Shown: in pieces, positions 8,983 through 17,998 of the stretch
Position numbering within the stretch: the first letter of the stretch is position 1
How the letters are laid out: every line of letters starts with the position of its first letter
The notes under the pieces: model-generated
Told to the model about the DNA's origin: nothing
Database searches by the model: none
The model's input: the letters and a program-made list of their open reading frames with translations, nothing else
Translations under genes and position numbers: made by a program
Origin: Solirubrobacterales bacterium
Lineage (GTDB): Bacteria; Actinomycetota; Thermoleophilia; Solirubrobacterales; 70-9
Assembly: GCA_038256675.1 (NCBI GenBank)
Contig: JBBSKC010000001.1
Coordinates: 14,652 to 78,651 of the forward strand
Length of the DNA: 64,000 bases
Reading direction: 5' to 3'

Positions 8983-9854
8983 GCATCATCATCGATGAAG
9001 GGACCCGCCTGGTCGTCTCCGGACTGACCGGCCGCGAAGGAAGCTTCCACGGTCTACGCAACCGCGAGTACGGCACCCAACTCGTCGCCGGTGTCACCCC
9101 CGGCAAGGGCGGCCAGGATGTCGAAGGCGTCCCGGTATTCGACTCGATCGCCGAAAGCGTCGAAGCCGAAGGCGCCAACACCTCGATGGTCTTCGTACCG
9201 GCCCGATTCGCCGCCGCCGCGATCAACGAAGCGATCGACTCCGGTGTCGAAACGGTCATCGCGATCACTGAAGGCATCCCGGTCATGGACATGCTGCCGA
9301 CCTATTGGAAGGCCAAGGAGAAGGGCGTGACCCTGATCGGCCCGAACTGTCCCGGCATCCTCTCTCCGGAAAAGGCGAACGTCGGCATCATCCCGGCCCA
9401 GTTCTTCGATCGCGGGAAGATCGGCGTCGTCTCCAAGTCGGGCACCCTGACTTACCAGATCGGCAACGAGCTGAAGCAGGCGGGCGAGGGCAACACCTCG
9501 ATCGTCGGCATCGGCGGCGACCCGATCGTCGGCTCCGACTTCATCGACATCCTCTCCCTCTTCGAAGCCGACGACGAGACCGAACTGATCGTCATGGTCG
9601 GCGAGATCGGCGGTGACGCGGAAGAACGTGCCGCGGACTTCATCGCGGAGAACATCGCCAAGCCCGTGGTCGCGTACATCGCCGGCTTCACCGCCCCGCC
9701 CGGCAAGCAGATGGGCCACGCCGGCGCGATCATCTCCGGTTCCTCGGGGACCGCTCAGGCCAAGCAGGAAGCTCTCGAGGCCAAGGGCGTGCGGGTCGGC
9801 GAAAGTCCCACGGAAGCCGCGCGGATCGCCGTGGAGACTCTCCGCAGCAAGTGA
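8979..9854 (+). CDS. sucD: Succinyl-CoA synthetase alpha subunit
   Basis: 291 aa. VVSGLTGREGSFH, SKSGTLTYQ, GHAGAIISG (phospho-His loop). TTG start overlaps the sucC stop. Confidence 0.95.
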   Translation: MSIIIDEGTRLVVSGLTGREGSFHGLRNREYGTQLVAGVTPGKGGQDVEGVPVFDSIAESVEAEGANTSMVFVPARFAAAAINEAIDSGVETVIAITEGIPVMDMLPTYWKAKEKGVTLIGPNCPGILSPEKANVGIIPAQFFDRGKIGVVSKSGTLTYQIGNELKQAGEGNTSIVGIGGDPIVGSDFIDILSLFEADDETELIVMVGEIGGDAEERAADFIAENIAKPVVAYIAGFTAPPGKQMGHAGAIISGSSGTAQAKQEALEAKGVRVGESPTEAARIAVETLRSK

Positions 9855-9978
9855 CCGGAATCACCCTTCCGGACACCGCCTTCAGCAAGAGCGGCAACCA
9901 GATCGAGTTCTTCCAGATCCCCGGCTTCAGCCCCGCTAAGATCGGCGTTTCCGTTCCAACCTCGAAGAAGGCCATCAA

Positions 9979-11052
9979 ATGCCCGAGACGATCAGTTTTG
10001 CCCGTGGTGCCCCCAGCCCTGACTTGATTCCAGTCGACGCCGTCCGCCTGGCGACGGCCAAGGCACTCGACGCCGACTGGCAGAGGGCGCTCTCTTACGG
10101 GGTCGGCATCGGACACCCCGGTCTCTGTGCCTGGATCGCCGACCGGCACGGCCTGCCCGACGCGAGCCAGGTCATGGTCACCAACGGATCGTTGGAGGCG
10201 GGCGCGATGCTCTTCCGGCACCTGCTCGAACCCGGTGACCGCGTGATCGTTGAACAACCCTCATACGATCGCACCCTGCTCCTGCTGGAGCAGCTCGGCG
10301 TCGAGTTCGTGCCGGTGGCCCTCGAATCCGACGGTATCGATGTCGACGCCGTCGAGGCGGCCCTGGCCGATGGTCCGGTCAAGCTGGTCCATCTGATCCC
10401 CAACTTCCACAACCCCGCCGGCTGCACGCTGTCGGAAGCGAAGCGGGTACGGCTGGTCGAGCTGGCCGCCGCGCACAGTTTCACGATCTTCGAAGACGAC
10501 CCGTACCGCGAACTGCCTTTCGGCGATCCGCCGCCGCCGACGATGCTTTCCATGGATGGCGCCGACCGGGTCATCCACGCCTCTTCGTTCTCGAAGACGG
10601 TCAGCCCGGGAGTCCGGACCGGCTACCTCGCCGGGCCCACCGACCGGATCGCCGAGCTGACCAAGCTCGCCAACGAGACCTACATCTCGCCGAACATGCT
10701 CTCCGGGTCGCTGGTACTCGAGCTCTGTGAGTCCGGCGCACTCGACCAGAACATCAAACTGGTCAAGGTGGCTCTCCAGGAACGGCGAGACGCACTCATC
10801 AAGGCCCTCGGGGAACACCTGCCCTCGGCCGAGTTCGTCGTGCCCGGCGGCGGCTACTTCCTCTGGGCCGACCTCGGCGAAGGCTTCGACACGGTCGACC
10901 TGGCGGCGAAGGCCAAGGCGGCCGGCGCTCCGTTCATCCCGGGAACCGACTTCATGCTCGAAGGCGGAGGCACCAGCCTGCGTTTCTCGTTCGCTTCGGT
11001 CCCGCCAGAGTTCATCAACGAAGGTGTCGCCCGAATCGCCGGCGCCGCCTGA
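9979..11052 (+). CDS. PLP-dependent aminotransferase, class I/II
   Basis: 357 aa. NPAGCTLS, SSFSKTVSPGVRTGY (PLP lysine context). Confidence 0.8.
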   Translation: MPETISFARGAPSPDLIPVDAVRLATAKALDADWQRALSYGVGIGHPGLCAWIADRHGLPDASQVMVTNGSLEAGAMLFRHLLEPGDRVIVEQPSYDRTLLLLEQLGVEFVPVALESDGIDVDAVEAALADGPVKLVHLIPNFHNPAGCTLSEAKRVRLVELAAAHSFTIFEDDPYRELPFGDPPPPTMLSMDGADRVIHASSFSKTVSPGVRTGYLAGPTDRIAELTKLANETYISPNMLSGSLVLELCESGALDQNIKLVKVALQERRDALIKALGEHLPSAEFVVPGGGYFLWADLGEGFDTVDLAAKAKAAGAPFIPGTDFMLEGGGTSLRFSFASVPPEFINEGVARIAGAA

Positions 11053-11076
11053 AGAAGCTCGGCGCTTCGCGACGGC

Positions 11077-11787
11077 CTAGCGGCCGTAGCGGTCCGGCGA
11101 AAGGACCAGCTGGTCCGGCAGTGCCGCCCGGGGCGGCGGCGCGGGATTCGCCCGGACCGTGACCGTCTCGGCGACGGAACGGGTCACTTCGTGGTCGCCG
11201 TCGTCGGCCGAGACCACGACCGCGTCGGTTTCGCTCGAAGTCACCTTGCCGTTCAGGCCGGGCTCGAGTCCGATGTCCTTCAGGTAGTGGAGCAGGCCCT
11301 CGGCTTCGTTCTCGAAACGGAGGATCATGACCTCGGCCCCGACGTCGACGTCAGCCAGGGGGGCGCCCTCTTCTCTCACTCCGTCGATCGGGTGTCCGTG
11401 CGGGCAGGTCGTGGCGTCGCCGATCGCGGCCCGCATGCGCTCTTCCAGCACCGGTGACATCGCGTGCTCGAGCCGCTCCGCCTCCTCGTGGACCTCGTCC
11501 CAGGGGATGCCGAGGACGTCGGTGAGGAAGCGTTCGATCATGCGGTGCCGGCGGGTGATCTGCTCGGCCTCGGCCCGGCCGTCTTCGGTCAGGTGAAGGA
11601 TCTTGTCGGCGCTGCGGGTGACGTACCCGTCGCGCTCGAGTCGTTTGATCATCTCGTGGACCGTCGGTGGCGAAAGCTGCATCGCGCGGGCGATGTTCGC
11701 CCCGGTGATCGGCAGTCCAGCCTCCATCAGCCAGAAAATGGTCTGGAGGTACTCCTCTTCAGCTTCGCTTGCGGTCTCGTTCGACAT
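11077..11787 (-). CDS. DtxR/IdeR/MntR-family metal-dependent transcriptional repressor with C-terminal SH3-like domain
   Basis: 236 aa. EEEYLQTIFWLMEAG, PPTVHEMIKRLERDGYV (wHTH), RRHRMIERFL, metal-site His/Glu/Cys (HEEAERLEHAMSP, CPHGHPI). Confidence 0.85.
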   Translation of the reverse strand: MSNETASEAEEEYLQTIFWLMEAGLPITGANIARAMQLSPPTVHEMIKRLERDGYVTRSADKILHLTEDGRAEAEQITRRHRMIERFLTDVLGIPWDEVHEEAERLEHAMSPVLEERMRAAIGDATTCPHGHPIDGVREEGAPLADVDVGAEVMILRFENEAEGLLHYLKDIGLEPGLNGKVTSSETDAVVVSADDGDHEVTRSVAETVTVRANPAPPPRAALPDQLVLSPDRYGR

Positions 11788-11794
11788 GTCGTCG

Positions 11795-11824
11795 ATACTA
11801 AATGGTCAGGCGAATGGTCAGGCG
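11795..11824 (-). promoter_or_regulatory. -10-like TAGTAT 7 nt upstream of the repressor ATG, preceded by a perfect 12-bp tandem duplication
   Basis: Minus strand reads CGCCTGACCATT CGCCTGACCATT TAGTAT cgacgac ATG. The repeats lie at 11801-11812 and 11813-11824 on the plus strand (aatggtcaggcg x2). Confidence 0.4.
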
Positions 11825-12630
11825 CGGCCCATGAGCGAGGTCACCACCGCCTCGTAGAACCCGTCGCCGCTGCGTCCCTCGGTCACGGTGACGTTGTCGA
11901 AGCCCGCCATCGCCGACTTGACCCCGGGATCGCGCTCCGGACCGTTGGCGACGACGAAGAACTTCCCGACCGAAGGTGCCACCTCAAGGTCCTCGACCGA
12001 GTCTCCGACCGCGATCGTCTCCTCTTTCGCGTAACCGCGGGCCTGTGCGTGCGCGGCGACGGCACCGGCTTTGGAAACTCCGCGCGGAACCAGGTGGTAG
12101 CAGTGGGCGATCTCGATCCCGGGCATCGGCCGGTTGATCGCGCCGTTGTCGAGCAGCCGCAGGTCACCGTGACCTTCTTCCTCGAGCTTCGAATTGACCT
12201 CGGCGGTGTCGACCTCGCCCCGGAAGAGGTGCGACATCTCCCGGCCGGTATGCCAGGGCTCGTGGAACTCGAGCTTGCCGGGGTAGGCGTCGAACAAAAG
12301 GTCGGGCACGCCTCTTCCCGACATCTGCTCGACCACGTTGAGATCAGGATCGAGCTCGAAGTCGCCGGTCATCATGGTGAGTTCCCGGTCAATCTCGAAA
12401 GCCGAACCCGCCTCGAAGATGAAAGAGGTCTGGCCGATGATGCGGGCATCCTCGTGCACCTGCACCCGCCGTCGTCCGGACATGATCACGACCTCGACCC
12501 CGGCCCGGGAACAGGCTTCCAGTCCCCGCGCCTGCATCATCGAAAAATCCCCGAAGTGATCCTTGAAGAGCGAAGCACCGTGGCCGAGCAGAGTCCCATC
12601 CAGGTCGGTGTAGACGCAGCGGAGGTCCAT
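11818..12630 (-). CDS. HAD-IIB (Cof/MPGP-like) phosphatase; candidate glucosyl/mannosyl-3-phosphoglycerate phosphatase
   Basis: Start taken at MDLRCVYTDLDGTLLG (ATG at 12630) inside ORF 11818..12741. C-terminal IAVGDSVEDLE motif. Starts 4 nt after the gpgS stop. Confidence 0.65.
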   Translation of the reverse strand: MDLRCVYTDLDGTLLGHGASLFKDHFGDFSMMQARGLEACSRAGVEVVIMSGRRRVQVHEDARIIGQTSFIFEAGSAFEIDRELTMMTGDFELDPDLNVVEQMSGRGVPDLLFDAYPGKLEFHEPWHTGREMSHLFRGEVDTAEVNSKLEEEGHGDLRLLDNGAINRPMPGIEIAHCYHLVPRGVSKAGAVAAHAQARGYAKEETIAVGDSVEDLEVAPSVGKFFVVANGPERDPGVKSAMAGFDNVTVTEGRSGDGFYEAVVTSLMGRA

Positions 12631-12634
12631 GCCG

Positions 12635-13528
12635 TCAGACGCTACCGTCGGCCGGGGTGAGGCGGGGCGCCGGCCGTCGGGCGGGCCGCATCGTGAGGGC
12701 GCCGGCGACCCCTTCGGCCGCTGCGATCGATCCGAGGTCATCCCGGCCGATCCTCATCAGGGTCGAAGCGAGGGCTTCGATCACTTCGTTCGACATGCCG
12801 CCGAGCGAGGCCAGCGACTGGTGCGCGTTCCGCTTGGTCCCCAGCCCGACCTGCGCCATCCCTTCGAGTCCGATCTGCGCCCAGACCTCGACCAGCATCG
12901 CGATCTCGACGCCGTAACCGGTGAAGAAGGGGATCGACTCGAGCAGGTCGCGGCGGGCAGCCACCTCGCCCGCGAGGGGCTGATCGAACCAGGCGAGTTC
13001 GGGCACGGTCCTTCTGAGAAGCGGCCGGGCCGTGAGCTCGGTCACCCGCCCACCGCCGGCCGGTTGTTCGCTTTCCTGCTGGCGGAAGGGGCGACGGTAC
13101 GAACCCTTGACGAACTGCTTGCCGGGGTCGGTGCAAATCGGCCCGAGCAGCCCGGTCACGTAGTGGCGTCCGAAATCGGCGATGTCGCCGTCGACGAACA
13201 CGACGATTTCACCGGTCACGGCTTCCAGGGAGCGCCACATCGCGTCGCCCTTTCCGCAGACCGGACCCGACTCCGGCGAGAGGTCGTTCTCGGAGACGAC
13301 CGTGGCGCCCGCATCTGCGGCGGTGACCGCCGTGCCATCGGGAGAATCGGCATCGACGACGAGGATCTGGCTGACCACGCCGGCGTCGGCGAGGATCCTC
13401 AGCTCGTTCACCGTCTGCGCGATCGTGCCCGCGGTATTACGTGTCGGGACGACCACGGAAACCGGTCCGGGCAGACGTGCCGCCATCTCATTCGCGGCAA
13501 AGTCCGTGTGGTCGTAGGTGTCTAGCAT
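12635..13528 (-). CDS. gpgS: Glucosyl-3-phosphoglycerate synthase family (GT81)
   Basis: Start at MLDTYDH (ATG at 13528) inside ORF 12635..13834. Collinear by eye with mycobacterial GpgS: VSVVVPTRN, GKGDAMWRSL, VVFVDGDI, FVKGSYRRP, GGGRVTELTARPLL, TGYGVEIAML. Confidence 0.85.
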   Translation of the reverse strand: MLDTYDHTDFAANEMAARLPGPVSVVVPTRNTAGTIAQTVNELRILADAGVVSQILVVDADSPDGTAVTAADAGATVVSENDLSPESGPVCGKGDAMWRSLEAVTGEIVVFVDGDIADFGRHYVTGLLGPICTDPGKQFVKGSYRRPFRQQESEQPAGGGRVTELTARPLLRRTVPELAWFDQPLAGEVAARRDLLESIPFFTGYGVEIAMLVEVWAQIGLEGMAQVGLGTKRNAHQSLASLGGMSNEVIEALASTLMRIGRDDLGSIAAAEGVAGALTMRPARRPAPRLTPADGSV

Positions 13529-13553
13529 CGGTGGTGTGACTGAGAAGAACTCA

Positions 13554-14450
13554 ATGCTGCGTGGGGCTGCCGGCGAGATTAACGTAGAGCGGCCGATCGT
13601 GGTCGGTGTGGTCAACGCCACCCCGGACTCCTTCTCCGATTCCGGGGATCGCTCCACCGCCGGATCGGTGAGCCAGGTCCACGAGCACCTCGAGGCGGGT
13701 GCCGACGTGATCGAGGTCGGTGGCGAATCGAACGTGACCAATCGCCCTGCCATCACCTCGGACGAGGAGATCGACCGGGTGCTGCCGGTGGTCGAGGCCG
13801 CGGTGTCCGCGGGGGCCGTTGTTTCGATCGACACCTACAAGCCGGAAGTCGCGTCCGCCGCCCTCGATGCGGGGATCTCGATCGTCAACGACATCAGCGG
13901 CAGTGGCAGCGCGGAGATGCTCGGGGTCTGTGCGGCCCGCGGCGCGGCGATGGTCGTCATGCACACCGAGGTCCCGCCGAAGACCCAGAAGTGGGACGAC
14001 GGGCTGTACCCCGGCGGGGTGGTGAGCCGCCAGCTCGAGTTCTTCGAGTCCCGGCTGGCAAGCCTTGCCGCGGCGGGCATCGAGCGCGACCAGGTGGTGC
14101 TCGACCCCGGTCCGGACTTCGCCAAGACGCCGGCCCAGACCGTTGATTCTTTGCGCGGAATCAGTCGCCTGAACGAACTCGGGTGTCCGATCATGCTCGC
14201 GATCTCCCGCAAGGACTTCATCGGCGCCCTTACCGGCCGCTCCCCGGGTGAGCGTGCCGCCGGCACCTTCGCCGCGCTGGCCTTCGGGCTTCAGCACGGC
14301 GCGAAGCTGCTGCGGGTCCACGACGTGCGCGGCACCGTCGACTTCCTCAAGGTCTGGCACGCGTTACAGGGTGCCCTCCCCGTACCCCCGGATCTGCGCA
14401 TAGCCGAAGAGATCCGCCGGGAGCCGACCGCCGGGGACGGGCTTGGCTGA
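13554..14450 (+). CDS. folP: Dihydropteroate synthase family protein
   Basis: ORF 13518..14450, ATG at 13554 preferred. VVGVVNATPDSFSDSG, DVIEVGGES, SIDTYKPEVA, ISRKDFIGAL, LRVHDV. Confidence 0.85.
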   Translation: MLRGAAGEINVERPIVVGVVNATPDSFSDSGDRSTAGSVSQVHEHLEAGADVIEVGGESNVTNRPAITSDEEIDRVLPVVEAAVSAGAVVSIDTYKPEVASAALDAGISIVNDISGSGSAEMLGVCAARGAAMVVMHTEVPPKTQKWDDGLYPGGVVSRQLEFFESRLASLAAAGIERDQVVLDPGPDFAKTPAQTVDSLRGISRLNELGCPIMLAISRKDFIGALTGRSPGERAAGTFAALAFGLQHGAKLLRVHDVRGTVDFLKVWHALQGALPVPPDLRIAEEIRREPTAGDGLG

Positions 14451-16743
14451 ATCGCTGCTCAGCTCCCGCTGGGCGGTGGCGATCGATCCCGCCCGCCGCG
14501 ACGGCCGCATCCTGAAGACGCGGAGCGAGCCGGCAGCAGCGGCCCAAACCGGGCCGTTGCCGGACGCGCTCGACCCCGCTCTCGCCCGGGCGCTCGCGGC
14601 CCAGGGTGTCGAATCGCTCTACGGGCACCAGACCGAGGTCTGGGAAGCCAGCCGGGAAGGCAGCGTCATGATCACCACCGGCACGGCGTCGGGCAAGTCG
14701 CTCGCCTTCAACCTGCCGGTGCTCGATTCGATCAGTGCGGCACCGAAGGCGCGGGCGCTCTACCTCTACCCGACCAAGGCACTCGCCCAGGACCAGGGCC
14801 GCTCCCTGGCCCGGCTGGGAGCGCCGAACCTGCGGGCCGCGATCTACGACGGTGACACCCCGAAGGACGAGCGCGCGGCGATCCGTCGCCGCAGCAACCT
14901 CGTCCTGACCAACCCCGACATGCTGCACGTCGGCATCCTGCCCCACCACCGGAACTGGGGTGACTTCCTCCAGAACCTCGAGTGGGTCGTGATCGACGAG
15001 GCTCACACCTATCGGGGCGTCTTCGGCTCGAACGTGGCCAACGTGATCCGCCGGCTCCGGCGGGTCAGCCGCGCTTACGGCGCCGAGCCGAAGTTCATTC
15101 TCGCTTCGGCGACGATCGCCAACCCGGGGGAGCTCGCGGACCGGCTGGTCGGCGAAGAGTTCACCCTGGTGGACCGGGACACCGCCCCGCGGGCGAAGCG
15201 GGAGATCAACGTCTGGAACCCGCCGCTGATCAATCCCGCGATCGGTGCGCGCCGTTCCGCCCTCGCCGAAGCGGCCGACCTCCTGGCCGAACTGGTCAGC
15301 CACGACGTGCGGACGATCTGCTTCCTCAAGAGCCGCCGCGGCATCGAGCTGATCCGGAAGTTCGCCGCCGAGAACCTCCAGCGCCGCGGCCGCCCGGAGC
15401 TGGCCGAGAAGATCGCGCCCTACCGCGCCGGTTACACCCCGTCGCAGCGCCGTGGCATCGAGAAGGACCTGGTCGAAGGGCGTCTGCTCGGCGTGGTCTC
15501 CACCGACGCACTCGAGCTGGGAATCGACATCGGCGAGCTGGACGCCGCGATCTGCGTGACCTTTCCGGGTACGGTCGCCGGCCTGCGGCAGATGTGGGGA
15601 CGCGCCGGGCGACGCCGGCCCGGCCTCGCGGTCTACATCGCCGGGCAGGATGGTCTCGACCAGTACTTCTGCCGCCACCCGGATGAGTTCCTCGAACGTC
15701 CCGTCGAAGCGGCGATCCTCGACCACCGCTCACCGGAGATCGCGGCACAGCACCTGGTCGCCGCCGCCTACGAGCTGCCGCTCACGCCCGAAGACGACGA
15801 ATGGTTCGGGCCCGACCTCTCGGGAGCGACCGAGTCGCTGCTCCGGCGCGGCGAACTCCGCCAGGCCGGCGGCGGGCTGGTGCCCCGCCGACCCGGATTC
15901 GTCGCTGCTTCGGTGTCGCTGCGGTCCTCTTCGGCCGAGAACGTGGCCGTGGTCGATCACGGCTCCGGGGAAGTCATCGGCACGGTCGAGTTCGGCCGGG
16001 CCTTCACGACGATCCATCCCGGGGCGGTCTACATGCACTTCGGCAATTCCTACGAGGTGGAGCAGCTCGACCTCGGGAATGCCCAGGCGGTGGTCCGGCC
16101 TTTCGACGACGAGTGGTACACGCGACCCAAGCAGGAAACCGACATCTTCGTCGACCGGGTGATCGCGAAGAAGCGGGTCGCCGGGGTCGAACTCCATTTC
16201 GGGGAGATCTCGGTGACTGATCACGTCACGGCATACCAGCGCATCCTCACCGCCGACCAGGAGGCGATCGACCTGGTCGACCTCAACCTGCCCGAACAGG
16301 AGTTCCGGACGAAAGGCCTCTGGTACACGGTGCCCGACGAGCTGACCCCGCAAATGCCCCTGAACGCCCTGCTCGGCTCGCTTCACGCCACCGAGCACTG
16401 TCAGATCGCGGTGCTGCCGCTCATCGCCATGTGCGACCGCTGGGACATCGGCGGGCTCTCGACCAACATCCACGCCCAGACGGGTCAGCCGACGATCTTC
16501 ATCTACGACGGCCACCCCGGCGGCATCGGCATCACGCGGCGCGGATACGACTGTTTCGAGCGCCTGCTGGGCGACGCTCTCGGCCTGGTCAGCGAGTGTC
16601 CCTGCGAATCGGGATGCCCTTCATGCGTCCAGAGCCCGAAGTGCGGCAACCTCAACGAGTACCTGTTCAAGGCCGGTGCGATCGGGCTGATGCAGGCCAT
16701 GCACGACGCTCTTCGCCGCGACGCGCCGGTCGTATCCCAGTAG
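14443..16743 (+). CDS. DEAD/DEAH-box helicase with C-terminal DUF1998 zinc module (MrfA/YprA family)
   Basis: 766 aa. Walker A TGTASGKS, VVIDEAHTYRG, helicase C motifs, C-terminal four-Cys cluster ECPCESGCPSCVQSPKCGN. TTG start overlaps the folP stop. Confidence 0.85.
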   Translation: MAESLLSSRWAVAIDPARRDGRILKTRSEPAAAAQTGPLPDALDPALARALAAQGVESLYGHQTEVWEASREGSVMITTGTASGKSLAFNLPVLDSISAAPKARALYLYPTKALAQDQGRSLARLGAPNLRAAIYDGDTPKDERAAIRRRSNLVLTNPDMLHVGILPHHRNWGDFLQNLEWVVIDEAHTYRGVFGSNVANVIRRLRRVSRAYGAEPKFILASATIANPGELADRLVGEEFTLVDRDTAPRAKREINVWNPPLINPAIGARRSALAEAADLLAELVSHDVRTICFLKSRRGIELIRKFAAENLQRRGRPELAEKIAPYRAGYTPSQRRGIEKDLVEGRLLGVVSTDALELGIDIGELDAAICVTFPGTVAGLRQMWGRAGRRRPGLAVYIAGQDGLDQYFCRHPDEFLERPVEAAILDHRSPEIAAQHLVAAAYELPLTPEDDEWFGPDLSGATESLLRRGELRQAGGGLVPRRPGFVAASVSLRSSSAENVAVVDHGSGEVIGTVEFGRAFTTIHPGAVYMHFGNSYEVEQLDLGNAQAVVRPFDDEWYTRPKQETDIFVDRVIAKKRVAGVELHFGEISVTDHVTAYQRILTADQEAIDLVDLNLPEQEFRTKGLWYTVPDELTPQMPLNALLGSLHATEHCQIAVLPLIAMCDRWDIGGLSTNIHAQTGQPTIFIYDGHPGGIGITRRGYDCFERLLGDALGLVSECPCESGCPSCVQSPKCGNLNEYLFKAGAIGLMQAMHDALRRDAPVVSQ

Positions 16744-16760
16744 ATAGCCTGTCACGGCTT

Positions 16761-16833
16761 GGCGAGGTAGCTCAGTTGGTAGAGCACACGACTGAAAATC
16801 GTGGTGTCGCCGGTTCGACCCCGGCCCTCGCCA
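16761..16833 (+). tRNA. tRNA-Phe (GAA)
   Basis: Cloverleaf folded by hand: acceptor GGCGAGG/CCTCGCC, D arm GCTC-AGTTGGTA-GAGC, anticodon arm CACGA-CTGAAAA-TCGTG, T arm GCCGG-TTCGACC-CCGGC. Confidence 0.95.
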
Positions 16834-16874
16834 CTCATTCATGGCCAACGGTGGACCCCCTTTACCCTTGAGGG

Positions 16875-17285
16875 GTGAACCGGGATCACATCCTCGTCGT
16901 CTTTGACGACTCATCCGCCGGCCGGCGGGCGCTCGAGGAGGCCGCACTGATCGCCGACGAGCGTCAAGCGGAGCTCTCGGTCGTCGCCCTGGTCGACTAC
17001 GACACGCGACAGATCGGCTGCTGCGTCCCGGCCGGTTACTGGAACGGCGTGCTCGGCGAGCTTGCGCGCGGTGACCTCAGTAAGGCACGGGACCTGATTG
17101 GTGCCCGCGGGGCCTCAACCAGTTTCGACGTCGCTCCCGGCGGCGGAATGAAAGGAATCGAACGAGTTGCCGAGAGGCTGGACTGCGACCTCCTTGTGGT
17201 CCCACGACACGGGCCTTTCGGCCGCCTCTCGCTACGCCGGCTGAAGCGGCGCACCAAAGCCGAAGTAGTTGACATCCCCGTCTGA
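16875..17285 (+). CDS. Universal stress protein (UspA) family
   Basis: 136 aa. HILVVFDDSSAGRRALEEA at the N-terminus, DLLVVPRHG near the C-terminus. Confidence 0.7.
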   Translation: MNRDHILVVFDDSSAGRRALEEAALIADERQAELSVVALVDYDTRQIGCCVPAGYWNGVLGELARGDLSKARDLIGARGASTSFDVAPGGGMKGIERVAERLDCDLLVVPRHGPFGRLSLRRLKRRTKAEVVDIPV

Positions 17286-17337
17286 GTATCGATGTAACCA
17301 TGATGCTCGCTACGCGATCTTTACTCCATCACAAGGT

Positions 17338-17484
17338 GCCGTGAACGACTTTTAGCATCTGAACTGGCTTGACCGGCGTCTGGGCGAGCGGGCTCTCGAC
17401 CGCCTGATTGTGACCACCAGGCCTGAGGCCTACCGGCGTCTCGATGGAGTCGCCGTGGTACCTCTCGCCCTCATCGTTCCGTGA
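17338..17484 (+). pseudogene. 3' remnant of a DUF4143/AAA ATPase paralog
   Basis: Own translation of 17359-17484: LNWLDRRLGERALDRLIVTTRPEAYRRLDGVAVVPLALIVP*. This aligns with the C-terminus of the intact gene at 17999..19291 (LNWLDRRLGDRLLDRLVVTTGPEAYRRQDGVAVVPLALLGP). An in-frame TAG at 17353 sits where the intact gene has AAG (Lys). No upstream coding part. Confidence 0.7.
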
Positions 17485-17502
17485 GCGTCCCGGTGTAGCC
17501 GG

Positions 17503-17958
17503 CTAGCGGAACTCGTTCAGCACCTCGTGCAGCATTGGCAGCGACGGACGCCACTCCACCCGTGCGATCGATGCGTCTACCGCCGCCAGGTCGAGGCGTT
17601 CCTGATCACGGACCGTGGTGAACACTTCCCAGAGCTCCTCGCGTGTACACACCTCGGCCAGATCCACGAGCGTCCGCGCGATGCTCGTGACCGGTATGCC
17701 GTCCACCACCCCCAGGTCGTCCGGGTGAAGTGGCGGGCCCCGGTGAATGGTGATTCCTGGCGGCGGATCGGGCGTATTCCGCGGATCATCGCCCGGCTTA
17801 TTGGGGACGTAGACGTCGATGGGAAGCGTGGCGAAATCTCTCATGCGATGCAGCATCGATTGCCGCGTGTTACGGAACCAGACCGGCGTGTGACAACTCC
17901 GTGACGGCCTCATCACGACTCGGAGCCGGTCATATTCTGCCGTACGCGACTGTTTCAC
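17503..17958 (-). CDS. Hypothetical protein resembling only the central part of actinobacterial AbiEi/DUF559-type proteins (possibly a truncated relic)
   Basis: 151 aa. ITIHRGPPLHPDDLGVVDGIPVTSIARTLVDLAE resembles the conserved core of that family. No HTH N-terminus and no DUF559 endonuclease-like C-terminus are present. Confidence 0.4.
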   Translation of the reverse strand: MKQSRTAEYDRLRVVMRPSRSCHTPVWFRNTRQSMLHRMRDFATLPIDVYVPNKPGDDPRNTPDPPPGITIHRGPPLHPDDLGVVDGIPVTSIARTLVDLAEVCTREELWEVFTTVRDQERLDLAAVDASIARVEWRPSLPMLHEVLNEFR

Positions 17959-17998
17959 TCTGCCGTAAACGACCGTTTCAACCTGTCGTTCTGGTATC

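Noticed and set aside
5819-16743. A DISARM/Druantia-like defence system (methyltransferase + helicase-DUF1998)
   Set aside because: The two genes are ~7 kb apart, separated by sucCD, aminotransferase, regulator, gpgS and folP genes. No PLD/nuclease or DUF1998-only partner is present.
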